In this document: positions 29,421-37,806 of the stretch, piece after piece
Position numbering within the stretch: position 1 is the stretch's first letter
How the letters are laid out: each line of letters opens with the position of its first letter
Assembly (NCBI GenBank): GCA_021513695.1
Contig: CP084166.1
Span: forward strand, 2,656,001-2,720,000
Direction: 5' to 3'
Length of the DNA: 64,000 nt
Origin: Candidatus Heimdallarchaeum aukensis
GTDB taxonomy: Archaea > Asgardarchaeota > Heimdallarchaeia > Heimdallarchaeales > Heimdallarchaeaceae
Program-made: the position numbers and the translations under genes
The notes under the pieces: model-generated
The model's input: only the letters and a program-made list of their open reading frames with translations
The model's database searches: none
Told to the model about the DNA's origin: nothing

Positions 29421-29637
29421 CTTTAATCGTCTAAGTATTCGTATTTTTACTTAAAAGATTATGCTTGTGTTCTTTCTCCAAATTTGAAAAAACAACCTTT
29501 TTTTGCAAGTGTAACTGTTTCAAAGAATTGATTTTCCTATCTAGAGGACCAATCAGTTATTTTTTTTTAAGAAATCCTAATTTGTTATTGTTTCTCTTGC
29601 GAAAGTTTAAAAATGTAAATTTGCTCTTTTCATTGAA

Positions 29638-30948
29638 ATGGAAGAAAATTCAAAAACTCTTGTTAGTGGGATTAAAGCAAATTTAGTATATCCAGAATCT
29701 AAAGTAAAACCAGTCTTTAATTTTGAAAATATGATAGTTGAACATTATAAACGATTTCCACGAACTGCAGTTTTAATCGAAAATCCAAAATATGCAAAAG
29801 CTCTAATGAACCCTCTAAAATCATTTTATCTAGTACCTATTGCCATTTTCAAAGTCAAATTTAATACTGTTCTCTCAATGAAATTTTGGAATTATATCGC
29901 TTTGTGGTTATACATCCTTATTGTTTCTATTCCTAACTCTGTTTTTATGTATATAACGTTTAGTAGCAACAAAATTTTGGGAGACATAACTTTTTCAGTT
30001 ATTATACCCATGTTGGTTTCATCCCTAGTAGCTCTTTGGTATTTGAAATTTACTCATGATGGTTTCTTTGGATTGATTATAGAGAAAAAAGTTGAATGGT
30101 TAGAAAAGCCTGTAAAAGAATATTATGATAAATATTATGATAAAAAATTTAGCTTAAATATTGTTTTAGTTGTTTTAAGTGTCTTAACATCATTAGGAGT
30201 GGGAATTCCTGTATTAATTTATGCTTCAAGTCAAGGTTTACAATCTGCAATTATATTTGGAGTTATAGGAATGATTTGTAATTTCGTAGTTTTTTATATT
30301 TTCTACTTATCTTTACAATATACTATATTAAACACCAAAATCTATTCTAAAGTATTAAACGCAATAAAAAGTAGAATTGATATCTATCTCAATGAGTATG
30401 GAACTTTGTTAAATAGTGAAAATTACGAAATTATTTGGGCTCTAGGAGATACCCCTGGAAGATCAATAAGGCAGCTTGAAAATATACCCGTGGCTGGAGT
30501 GTTATCTGCGTTAATAGTAACAATTGCCATGTTGATGGGAACAATTAATCAAGCAGTCCTTGGAGTAGTCAAAGGGAATATGCCAACAGTGAATGTATTC
30601 AATTCGCAAATGAGTCTTAACGCAATAATAGCTGCAATCTCCCTAGTTATAGCTATCATAATAGTACTAATTGTTGTTCTTCCATTGTATATCTTCAGTG
30701 GAAAAATGAAGAAATTCAAAATTAAAGCTTTAATAGAACTTGATAACTATATTTTTGCAAATGTAATGGAATTTGAACAACGCTATTCTGAACTTGCAAA
30801 GCAAGAAACAGTAACAATATTTGCTCTCAGAGAGTATATATCGGGTATGAGAACAATTCCTATTTCAGCAGCAAAGATTATCAAAAGTTTAACAGCTGTT
30901 GCAGTATGGTTTGTAAATGTCCGAAAAATAATTAGAGCGTTTAATTAA
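29638..30948 (+). CDS. Polytopic integral membrane protein of unknown function. Likely co-transcribed with the downstream ftsZ-like gene (10-nt gap).
   Basis: About 10 hydrophobic predicted TM segments. No recognisable catalytic motif. Confidence 0.5.
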   Translation: MEENSKTLVSGIKANLVYPESKVKPVFNFENMIVEHYKRFPRTAVLIENPKYAKALMNPLKSFYLVPIAIFKVKFNTVLSMKFWNYIALWLYILIVSIPNSVFMYITFSSNKILGDITFSVIIPMLVSSLVALWYLKFTHDGFFGLIIEKKVEWLEKPVKEYYDKYYDKKFSLNIVLVVLSVLTSLGVGIPVLIYASSQGLQSAIIFGVIGMICNFVVFYIFYLSLQYTILNTKIYSKVLNAIKSRIDIYLNEYGTLLNSENYEIIWALGDTPGRSIRQLENIPVAGVLSALIVTIAMLMGTINQAVLGVVKGNMPTVNVFNSQMSLNAIIAAISLVIAIIIVLIVVLPLYIFSGKMKKFKIKALIELDNYIFANVMEFEQRYSELAKQETVTIFALREYISGMRTIPISAAKIIKSLTAVAVWFVNVRKIIRAFN

Positions 30949-30958
30949 GTGAGGAAAA

Positions 30959-32098
30959 ATGTCGTTCTTAAAGAAACTTAGAAAAAAATCAATAGATATC
31001 GCAGTAATTGCTGTTGGTGACGCAGCTTGTATAATAGGTGCTAAATTTATCCAAAATTTAAAAGAAAATAAGATTAATGTCAAATCTCTGGCAGTGAACA
31101 CAAAGAACAACTTTGGTTCTAAGATTTCTGATCCTTATAATGACAAGTTTTGGTTTGCTGAGCAATATTCTTCTACAAATCGTAATTTAGAATTTGCAAG
31201 AAAGCTTTTAGAAGAAAGAAAAGAGGTTCTAACTGATAAATTGAGGAATGTTGTCTTTTATCGTTTAGATGATAAAAAACGTAAAGAGAAACTCGCTTTA
31301 CATCTTATAATTGCTAGTGGAGGAGGAACTGGTTCAGCAGGTTCAATGATAATAAGTAAAATAATCAAGGATATAACTGGCGAATCTCCAACAATAATAT
31401 TTATTGTTCCTGAAAAGCATGAACCTTCTATTGTTCAATATAACACAGCAACAGCTTTGTTCTATCTAGGATTTGATAGTCTAGGTCCTAATTGTCCTAC
31501 TATTCTTTTTGACAATGAAAAATTAATTTCAGTTGATGAAACTTTGGATATTAAAAAGGCATTGGACTATTGTAATAACTATCTAGCTGATACTCTCTCT
31601 ACTACTATTTTAGCAGCTCTGCAAGAATCATCTCATGAAGAATTTAATGCTGGTTTAAATGATTTCTTCAAATCTTTTAGTTCTGAAGCAAAAGGAATAG
31701 GTGTTATTATCTCTGTCGATAAAACTTTTGAATCGTTAGAAAAAGCACAAAATATTAGGTTTTCTGACATATTCTTCAAAGAATTAGAACTAACATCAAG
31801 TTTAACTGCAGACATTACTAAAGCAAGGTTGGGCTTCCTATCTATTATCGCTCCTCATTCTTATCAGACAACTTTTGAAACCAAAAAGATAGTAAAAAGA
31901 TTCGAAAAAGGGTCAATTAAAGTCTCATTAACAGCTTTAGAAGAGCCTATACTTTTAATACGCGGTGTAATAACGGGGTTGCATCCTGATTTCATTGAGA
32001 GATTTTGGGATATTTTTGAACGGGCTAGAGATTCGAGAAAAGAAATTCTAATCCTAGAAGAGCAAATAAGAAACATGAAATTAGTTTTTTCCAACTAA
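30959..32098 (+). CDS. Divergent FtsZ/tubulin-superfamily GTPase (FtsZ-like). It has intact GTP-binding motifs but a non-canonical C-terminal region.
   Basis: N-terminal glycine box DIAVIAVGDAACIIGAKF...AVNTKNN. T4 signature ASGGGTGSAGS. PTIIFIVPEKHEP (the FtsZ TkPF.fEG region). PTILFDNEKLISVD (the FtsZ ipNdkLl motif). The C-terminal 150 aa is unlike FtsZ. Confidence 0.7.
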   Translation: MSFLKKLRKKSIDIAVIAVGDAACIIGAKFIQNLKENKINVKSLAVNTKNNFGSKISDPYNDKFWFAEQYSSTNRNLEFARKLLEERKEVLTDKLRNVVFYRLDDKKRKEKLALHLIIASGGGTGSAGSMIISKIIKDITGESPTIIFIVPEKHEPSIVQYNTATALFYLGFDSLGPNCPTILFDNEKLISVDETLDIKKALDYCNNYLADTLSTTILAALQESSHEEFNAGLNDFFKSFSSEAKGIGVIISVDKTFESLEKAQNIRFSDIFFKELELTSSLTADITKARLGFLSIIAPHSYQTTFETKKIVKRFEKGSIKVSLTALEEPILLIRGVITGLHPDFIERFWDIFERARDSRKEILILEEQIRNMKLVFSN

Positions 32099-32152
32099 TT
32101 TCTTATTTGTGACCGTGATAAACCTTATTAATTTAATGCAAGTTTTTCATTA

Positions 32153-35125
32153 ATGAATAGTCTAAATCCAAAGAAGGTAGGTAAAAAGCTCCAAAGGAGA
32201 ATTAAAGGAAAAGTAGTTTGGGACAAAGTTTCTAGATACTTGTATTCCACCGATGCTAGTATCTATAAACTTATGCCCTTGATTGTTGCTCAACCTAAAT
32301 GCACAGAAGATGTCCAAGAAATAGTAAAATTCTGTAATAAACACAAACTTTCTATTCATCCTCGAGGTGCAGGAACAGGGTTGGGAGGACAAGCTTTAGG
32401 AGAGGGCGTGGTAATAGATTTTGCAAGATTTATGCGTAACATAATCGAAATTAACCTTGAAGAAGACTATGTCTGGACTGAGGTAGGAATAAAGGGTGCC
32501 CCCTTACAAAAAAGATTAGGGGAATATAATAAATACATTCCTCCAGATCCAAGTAGTCAAGATTATGCTACCTTGGGTGGAATGATTGCAAATAATGCTT
32601 CTGGCTCTCATTCTGTGAAATATGGTGATTGTGATAAATGGGTAGAAGAATTGGAAGTTGTTCTTGCAGACGGAAATGTAATTCATACTAAAGAATACGA
32701 TATTGAGAGTGAAGAGTTTAAAAGAATATTAGAAAAGGATACACTAGAATCATACATATATAAAAACCTGTTAGAACTTTGGAAAAAGAATGAAGAAAAA
32801 ATAAAGAAAGCTTATCCTCCTGTCCCACATAATGCTACAGGATATGAACTTAGAAAACTGATTTACGACGGAAAAATAAATCTTACAAGGTTATTTGTTG
32901 GTTCTGAAGGTACATTTGGGGTTATAACAAAAGCAAAAATGAGAATCAAGACCAAACCAAAATACAAAGTTCTTTCAACAGTCTATTTTGATGATTTAGT
33001 AAAAGCAGGAAAGGCAATTCAATATATTTTAGAACAAGATCCAGCAGCCATTGAATTACTAGGTAAAAAACTTCTAAATATGGCAAGAGAACGATATCCT
33101 TCTCTAGATAAGAAACTACCTAAAGAATTAGATACGATGCTTTTAGTTGAATTTGAAGGAGATGACTTAGAAGAATGCAAAAAGCTAACTGAAATTACAA
33201 AAAAGAAAGTTACTCAAACTGAAAAACTAGCTTTTGAATTTCTCTCGGCAGAAGATCCTGAAGAACAAGCTAATCTATGGGAAGCAAGAAAGTCTGCTGT
33301 GCCACTTTTGTATAAAATTAAAGGAGATAAGAAAATAATTGCATTAATTGAAGATGCAGTAGTTCCTCCAGAGCATCTAGCAAGATATGTAACAGAATTG
33401 GAGAAAGCTTGTAAAGATCTGGGAGTTGAATTTATTGCATATGGACATGCAGCAAAAGGATTACTACACAATCGCCCTCTAATAGATATGAAAAACCCTG
33501 AAGATATAAAGAAAATGCAAAAGTTAGCAGATAAAAGCTTTGAACTAGTTAAGGAGCTTGGGGGCGCAATAAGCGGTGAGCATTCAGATGGAAGGATAAG
33601 GGCGAAGTATATAAAACCACAATATGGAGAAGAAGTTTTTAATATTTTTAGAGAAGTAAAAAGAACCTTTGACCCTGAAAACATGTTCAATCCTGATATT
33701 AAAGTAATGGCTAAAGAAGATGTTCAAATTAGTAATTTGAAATTTGGAGAAAAATACAAGCCCAAAGCTCATAACACAATTCTAAACCTTGGTTCAGAAG
33801 AATATCAAAGAATCATTGAGACATGTATTGGTTGCGGAAAGTGTGGTATCGACGAACCAATTCTAGTTATGTGCCCAGTATATAAAGGTAAGCCTTACGA
33901 GCACACTTTAACTAGAGGAAAGAATAACATACTCAGAGGATATATTGAAGGAGAATTTACTCTTAAAGAATTACTAGAAAACGATGTCTTTGAGTTTATT
34001 ATTTACAATTGTGTGAATTGTCAGCAATGTATGTATGATTGTCCAAGCGAGGTAGACACAGCTATTTTGATGACAGAAATGAAAATACAATACATGGAAT
34101 ACCATAAACCTACATTGAAAAACCTATTTTCAACAATCAAATTACACAGAACTTTCCATTGGACTTATCAATATTTACGTAATTTTTCACTTGCTAAAAT
34201 AGATCTTATAGGGAAATTGGCATCGATATTTTCTCCTTTCTCTAATTGGATGACTAGTTTTATACTTACTAGATTCGGAATGCATTTGACAATAGGTATC
34301 GATTATAGGAGAAAGATGCCAGCTTTCCAAAGAAAGACATTCGTTAAATGGTGGAAGAAGCATCAAAAAACAGCTAATGCTGAAGAACCAAAGAAAGAAA
34401 AACTAAAAGTCGTTTATTTCCATGGTTGTTCAGCAAATACGATTACACCTGAAGTAGGAAAATCAACTGTTGAATTGTTAGAAAAACTAGGTGTAGAAGT
34501 TGTTGTACCTCCACAAAAATGCTGTGGAAGTCCAGCTTATTCTTATGGTGCTAAGAGTGTTCTAGATAAAAATGTTAAATTCAATTTAGATAGCTTAAGT
34601 CAATATTTAGATGATGGTTGTGATGCAATTGTTACTAGTTGTACTAGTTGTTCTCTTGCTCTTAAAAGTGAATATAAACATATAACTAACAATGAGAAAG
34701 CATTGAAGGTTTCTGAAAAAACCTTTCTTACTACTGAATTTGTTGATAAACTATTAAAAGAAAATAAGCTGGATGTTGAATTCAAGCCAGTTAAAGCTAA
34801 AGTACTCTATCATACATCATGCCACTTAAAAGCACAAAGAGAAATTACAACTATTTCTTTTGATCTCCTCAATAAAATACCAGAACTCGAAGTGGAAAAA
34901 GGTCCAAATACTTGCTGTGGTGTTTCTGGAAGTTGGGGAATGAAAAAAGAAAATTACTACGCTTCAATGAAAATCGGACATTGGCTTTTTGATTCTGTAA
35001 AACAAGAAGATATTGATGTTGCTGTCACAGATTGCCCAACTTGTAAAATGCAAATTGAGCATGGAACATCTAAAGAAGTTGATCATCCAGTGATTCTTCT
35101 TTACAAGTCAATAACTGTTAAATAA
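32153..35125 (+). CDS. FAD-linked oxidase (GlcD/D-lactate dehydrogenase-like). Fused to a C-terminal 2x[4Fe-4S] ferredoxin domain plus two CCG domains (GlcF/GlpC/HdrD-like).
   Basis: FAD_binding_4-type motif HPRGAGTGLGGQALG. CIGCGKCGIDEP...CP and CVNCQQCMYDCP cluster motifs. CCG motifs KCCGSPAY and NTCCGVSGSWG. Length 990 aa. Confidence 0.75.
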   Translation: MNSLNPKKVGKKLQRRIKGKVVWDKVSRYLYSTDASIYKLMPLIVAQPKCTEDVQEIVKFCNKHKLSIHPRGAGTGLGGQALGEGVVIDFARFMRNIIEINLEEDYVWTEVGIKGAPLQKRLGEYNKYIPPDPSSQDYATLGGMIANNASGSHSVKYGDCDKWVEELEVVLADGNVIHTKEYDIESEEFKRILEKDTLESYIYKNLLELWKKNEEKIKKAYPPVPHNATGYELRKLIYDGKINLTRLFVGSEGTFGVITKAKMRIKTKPKYKVLSTVYFDDLVKAGKAIQYILEQDPAAIELLGKKLLNMARERYPSLDKKLPKELDTMLLVEFEGDDLEECKKLTEITKKKVTQTEKLAFEFLSAEDPEEQANLWEARKSAVPLLYKIKGDKKIIALIEDAVVPPEHLARYVTELEKACKDLGVEFIAYGHAAKGLLHNRPLIDMKNPEDIKKMQKLADKSFELVKELGGAISGEHSDGRIRAKYIKPQYGEEVFNIFREVKRTFDPENMFNPDIKVMAKEDVQISNLKFGEKYKPKAHNTILNLGSEEYQRIIETCIGCGKCGIDEPILVMCPVYKGKPYEHTLTRGKNNILRGYIEGEFTLKELLENDVFEFIIYNCVNCQQCMYDCPSEVDTAILMTEMKIQYMEYHKPTLKNLFSTIKLHRTFHWTYQYLRNFSLAKIDLIGKLASIFSPFSNWMTSFILTRFGMHLTIGIDYRRKMPAFQRKTFVKWWKKHQKTANAEEPKKEKLKVVYFHGCSANTITPEVGKSTVELLEKLGVEVVVPPQKCCGSPAYSYGAKSVLDKNVKFNLDSLSQYLDDGCDAIVTSCTSCSLALKSEYKHITNNEKALKVSEKTFLTTEFVDKLLKENKLDVEFKPVKAKVLYHTSCHLKAQREITTISFDLLNKIPELEVEKGPNTCCGVSGSWGMKKENYYASMKIGHWLFDSVKQEDIDVAVTDCPTCKMQIEHGTSKEVDHPVILLYKSITVK

Positions 35126-35202
35126 TAAAATACAGCAAATCTGATTTTTTCTTTTTCATTTTTTTTCAAATAGCAAAGAATTTATAGTTCAATCTGAACA
35201 TA
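35126..35202. terminator. Oligo-T-rich intergenic region after the FAD oxidase-CCG gene.
   Basis: tgattttttctttttcattttttttcaaa lies directly after the TAA stop. Confidence 0.25.
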
Positions 35203-36180
35203 TTGTTGTTAAACATGAGCGAAACAGAACCTTGTCCTTATTGTTTTAGAGAAATTAAAAAAGGGGTAAATTTTTGTAAATATTGTGGCTCTGCAATAAA
35301 ATATTGTCCAGAATGTAATTCTGCAAATAAAGCTGAAAGCCTTTTCTGTAGTTCTTGTGGAAAAGATATTAGAGATATCATCGCGAAAAAGAGAGAGACA
35401 GAGCCTCCAATCTCTCATCGCGTTGTTGGTCCAACTGCAAGTCAAAAAATAGTTATGTGGCCTCCTCCAGGCCAATTTTTTCCAACACAACCAAAATATA
35501 GACCTTATCAAACACCAGAGGAACAATTATTTGGAACAGCAGATAAACAAGAGTCTTTTCAACCAAAAATCGTTTATCCTTATTCGAAGGTAGCAATACT
35601 CGGGTTCTTGAGAGGTCCAATCTCAACTTCAAAAGTTTTTTCTTCTGTTATTGAAGCATTTGCTTATGGACTGTCTCTCATTGCCGCAGGAGTGTTAATC
35701 ATAAGTTTAAGTTTTCTTTTTCTCCAAACTTTGATCTTACCAATAATAGGATTGCTGTGGGGAGGAACTTTAATTCTATCTGCTCCTTTTTTCGGTATGT
35801 ATTTTGTTACTTCAAGCTGGTTATATAAAGCATTTAAAATTAAAAAACCTGTTAGCGATATGACTATATTGTGGAACTATCTGTTTAGTATAATTTTCTT
35901 TTCCTTTATTTCGCTCATTTTATTACCTTTGCTCGCAACAAACACTCTATTTGCTACAATTTTTGGGATAATAGCTTTAATTGTTATCTTTGCTGTATTA
36001 ATTGTGATCCCACTAAAAGCTTTTCTTATTGACTTAGCCTACGTAAAAGCAGCTGTAATGGAACGAGAGAGTCAAAAAGATAAAGAAGAAACTTCAGATG
36101 AAGATAAAACTCAAAACGATAAAGAGGAAGTTGAAGAAACAAAAAAAGAAGCTTATAAAATAGAAAAAAAGGAAAGTTAA
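35203..36180 (+). CDS. Membrane protein with an N-terminal double zinc-ribbon and an acidic/lysine-rich C-terminal tail.
   Basis: CPYC...CKYCGS and CPEC...CSSCG zinc-ribbon pairs. About four hydrophobic TM helices. C-terminal ESQKDKEETSDEDKTQNDKEEVEE. Confidence 0.45.
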   Translation: MLLNMSETEPCPYCFREIKKGVNFCKYCGSAIKYCPECNSANKAESLFCSSCGKDIRDIIAKKRETEPPISHRVVGPTASQKIVMWPPPGQFFPTQPKYRPYQTPEEQLFGTADKQESFQPKIVYPYSKVAILGFLRGPISTSKVFSSVIEAFAYGLSLIAAGVLIISLSFLFLQTLILPIIGLLWGGTLILSAPFFGMYFVTSSWLYKAFKIKKPVSDMTILWNYLFSIIFFSFISLILLPLLATNTLFATIFGIIALIVIFAVLIVIPLKAFLIDLAYVKAAVMERESQKDKEETSDEDKTQNDKEEVEETKKEAYKIEKKES

Positions 36181-36758
36181 ACTAATCTTTGAACCAATTT
36201 TACTGTCTTATTATCTTCAGCAATATCCACTATTCCATTATTCCTCAAGTCATAAAGAGCTTTCATAACTGCTGCAGGAGTTATTCCCGTTGTTTTTACT
36301 ATCTCATCTCTTGTCCATTCTTCTTTATCTGTGCCTTGCAATAATAACAGAATTTTGGTGTGAGGATTCGCTGCAAAGACATTTTCAAATAGTATAGAAT
36401 AAATTGCAAGTAGCTCTTCAATATCCATTTCTTTAGCTTTTTCAGCAGCTAACTCTTCATACAATGTTCTAAATTTTGACATAGATTCTTCAAGATTATT
36501 TAACTTTTCTTCATATTCTTTGTTTTTTTGCTCTAATTCATTGACTTTCTCAAGTTTTTCTTTAGTCTCAATGGCTAATTTTTCAAGTTCAGCTTCCTTC
36601 TCTTTTAACTCTTTAGAGTATCTTTTATTTGCTTTCTCTAAATTTTCTGCATATTCAATTAGACCAAGTAAAAGGACGGGTAATTGCTCAAAGTTATCTT
36701 TAATAGAAAAATAAAGTTCTTTAAATTCCTTTAAAGTATTTGAATCTAAGTTTGTCAT
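36177..36758 (-). CDS. Coiled-coil protein with a C-terminal winged-helix-like domain.
   Basis: Heptad-rich central region (KELKEKEAELEKLAIETKEKLEKVNELEQKNKEYEEKLNNLEE). C-terminal TRDEIVKTTGITPAAVMKALYDLRNNGIV resembles a wHTH. Confidence 0.4.
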   Translation of the reverse strand: MTNLDSNTLKEFKELYFSIKDNFEQLPVLLLGLIEYAENLEKANKRYSKELKEKEAELEKLAIETKEKLEKVNELEQKNKEYEEKLNNLEESMSKFRTLYEELAAEKAKEMDIEELLAIYSILFENVFAANPHTKILLLLQGTDKEEWTRDEIVKTTGITPAAVMKALYDLRNNGIVDIAEDNKTVKLVQRLV

Positions 36759-37016
36759 AATACTTTAACTATAATAATTATAGTATTTATTTGTTTTGTA
36801 AAATTATTAGCTAATATTAAATTTAAAGATTTAAACAAGTTATTCATCCTGTTTTCAAATAGAGAGGTGTTTAACTTTCTCTTTTATCTTAATTGACTTG
36901 ATTTTTGTGCAAAGTGGTTGTACGCCAATCTTGTTATCGGGAAAGTTCTATGAATGGTAATGTCTTAATACACAAAACCAAGAACCGGATTAATGTAAAA
37001 AAGCAATTATGAAAAA

Positions 37017-37451
37017 TCAAGTTGATGAGATAATTTCAATTTTATCTCCTACAGATATAATGCCTGGTCTAACGACTTTTGCGAAAATTCCTTCTTCTAT
37101 CATAGCTTTCTTTTTCTCATATTCTTCTGGACTAAATTGCTCTTTTGGTTTTCCTATCTGAACGATTTCTAAAACAACCTTATTTATTTTTATTTTAGTA
37201 CCTATTGGTTTATTATTGAGTTCAATTCCGTCGATTGTTAGATTTTCAAAAAGATCTCCATAACTTAGTTTATCTGGGTTTTTCATAAGTTTTTGAATAC
37301 TCTTTATACTTAATAATGAAACTTGTTTATCCCAATTTCCTGAATGAGAATCTCCTTTTAAACCCAAATTAGTTACTTCTACGGTATTAATGTTCTTTTT
37401 TGGCAATTCTCTCTTTGGGCTAATGTTTACAGCTAAAACTGTACCAATCAT
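37017..37451 (-). CDS. MOSC-domain protein (YiiM/YcbX-like).
   Basis: LGLKGDSHSGNWDKQVSLL matches the MOSC beta-barrel GDxH...RQVSL signature. Size is about 140 aa. Confidence 0.5.
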   Translation of the reverse strand: MIGTVLAVNISPKRELPKKNINTVEVTNLGLKGDSHSGNWDKQVSLLSIKSIQKLMKNPDKLSYGDLFENLTIDGIELNNKPIGTKIKINKVVLEIVQIGKPKEQFSPEEYEKKKAMIEEGIFAKVVRPGIISVGDKIEIISST

Positions 37452-37520
37452 AAGAGAAAAAAAATAAATGAAAAGTTAAATTTTTCGTAATTTATGAAGA
37501 ATGGAATTACTGAAAAATCA

Positions 37521-37760
37521 TTATCCTCCTCCAATAGGTGGAAACAGTGAGATAGTACAATTGTCTTCTAACAGTTCGCTTTTAGATACTTTTTTCCCGT
37601 TTAAGAGAATAAGATGAATTTCTTCAGGTTTAAAATCTAGTTTTTTTATTACATCTTCAACAGTAGCATTTTCATCAACATCTAATTCTAAAGGATTTAA
37701 ATCGTTAACATGTGGATATTTTTGTCTTAGGTAAGCAAATACTTTGACATAAATTTTCAA
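37521..37760 (-). CDS. MoaD/ThiS-family small sulfur-carrier protein.
   Basis: 79 aa with a beta-grasp-like pattern and a C-terminal GGG (…SLFPPIGGG). Confidence 0.6.
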   Translation of the reverse strand: MKIYVKVFAYLRQKYPHVNDLNPLELDVDENATVEDVIKKLDFKPEEIHLILLNGKKVSKSELLEDNCTISLFPPIGGG

Positions 37761-37806
37761 CTAATTAATCACCTTTGTTGAGTAATAGAAAAAAAAATAA
37801 AAGAGG

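Noticed and set aside
36520-36714. 64-aa plus-strand ORF
   Set aside because: It is antisense within the coiled-coil protein gene (36177-36758) and is Ser/Phe-rich low complexity.
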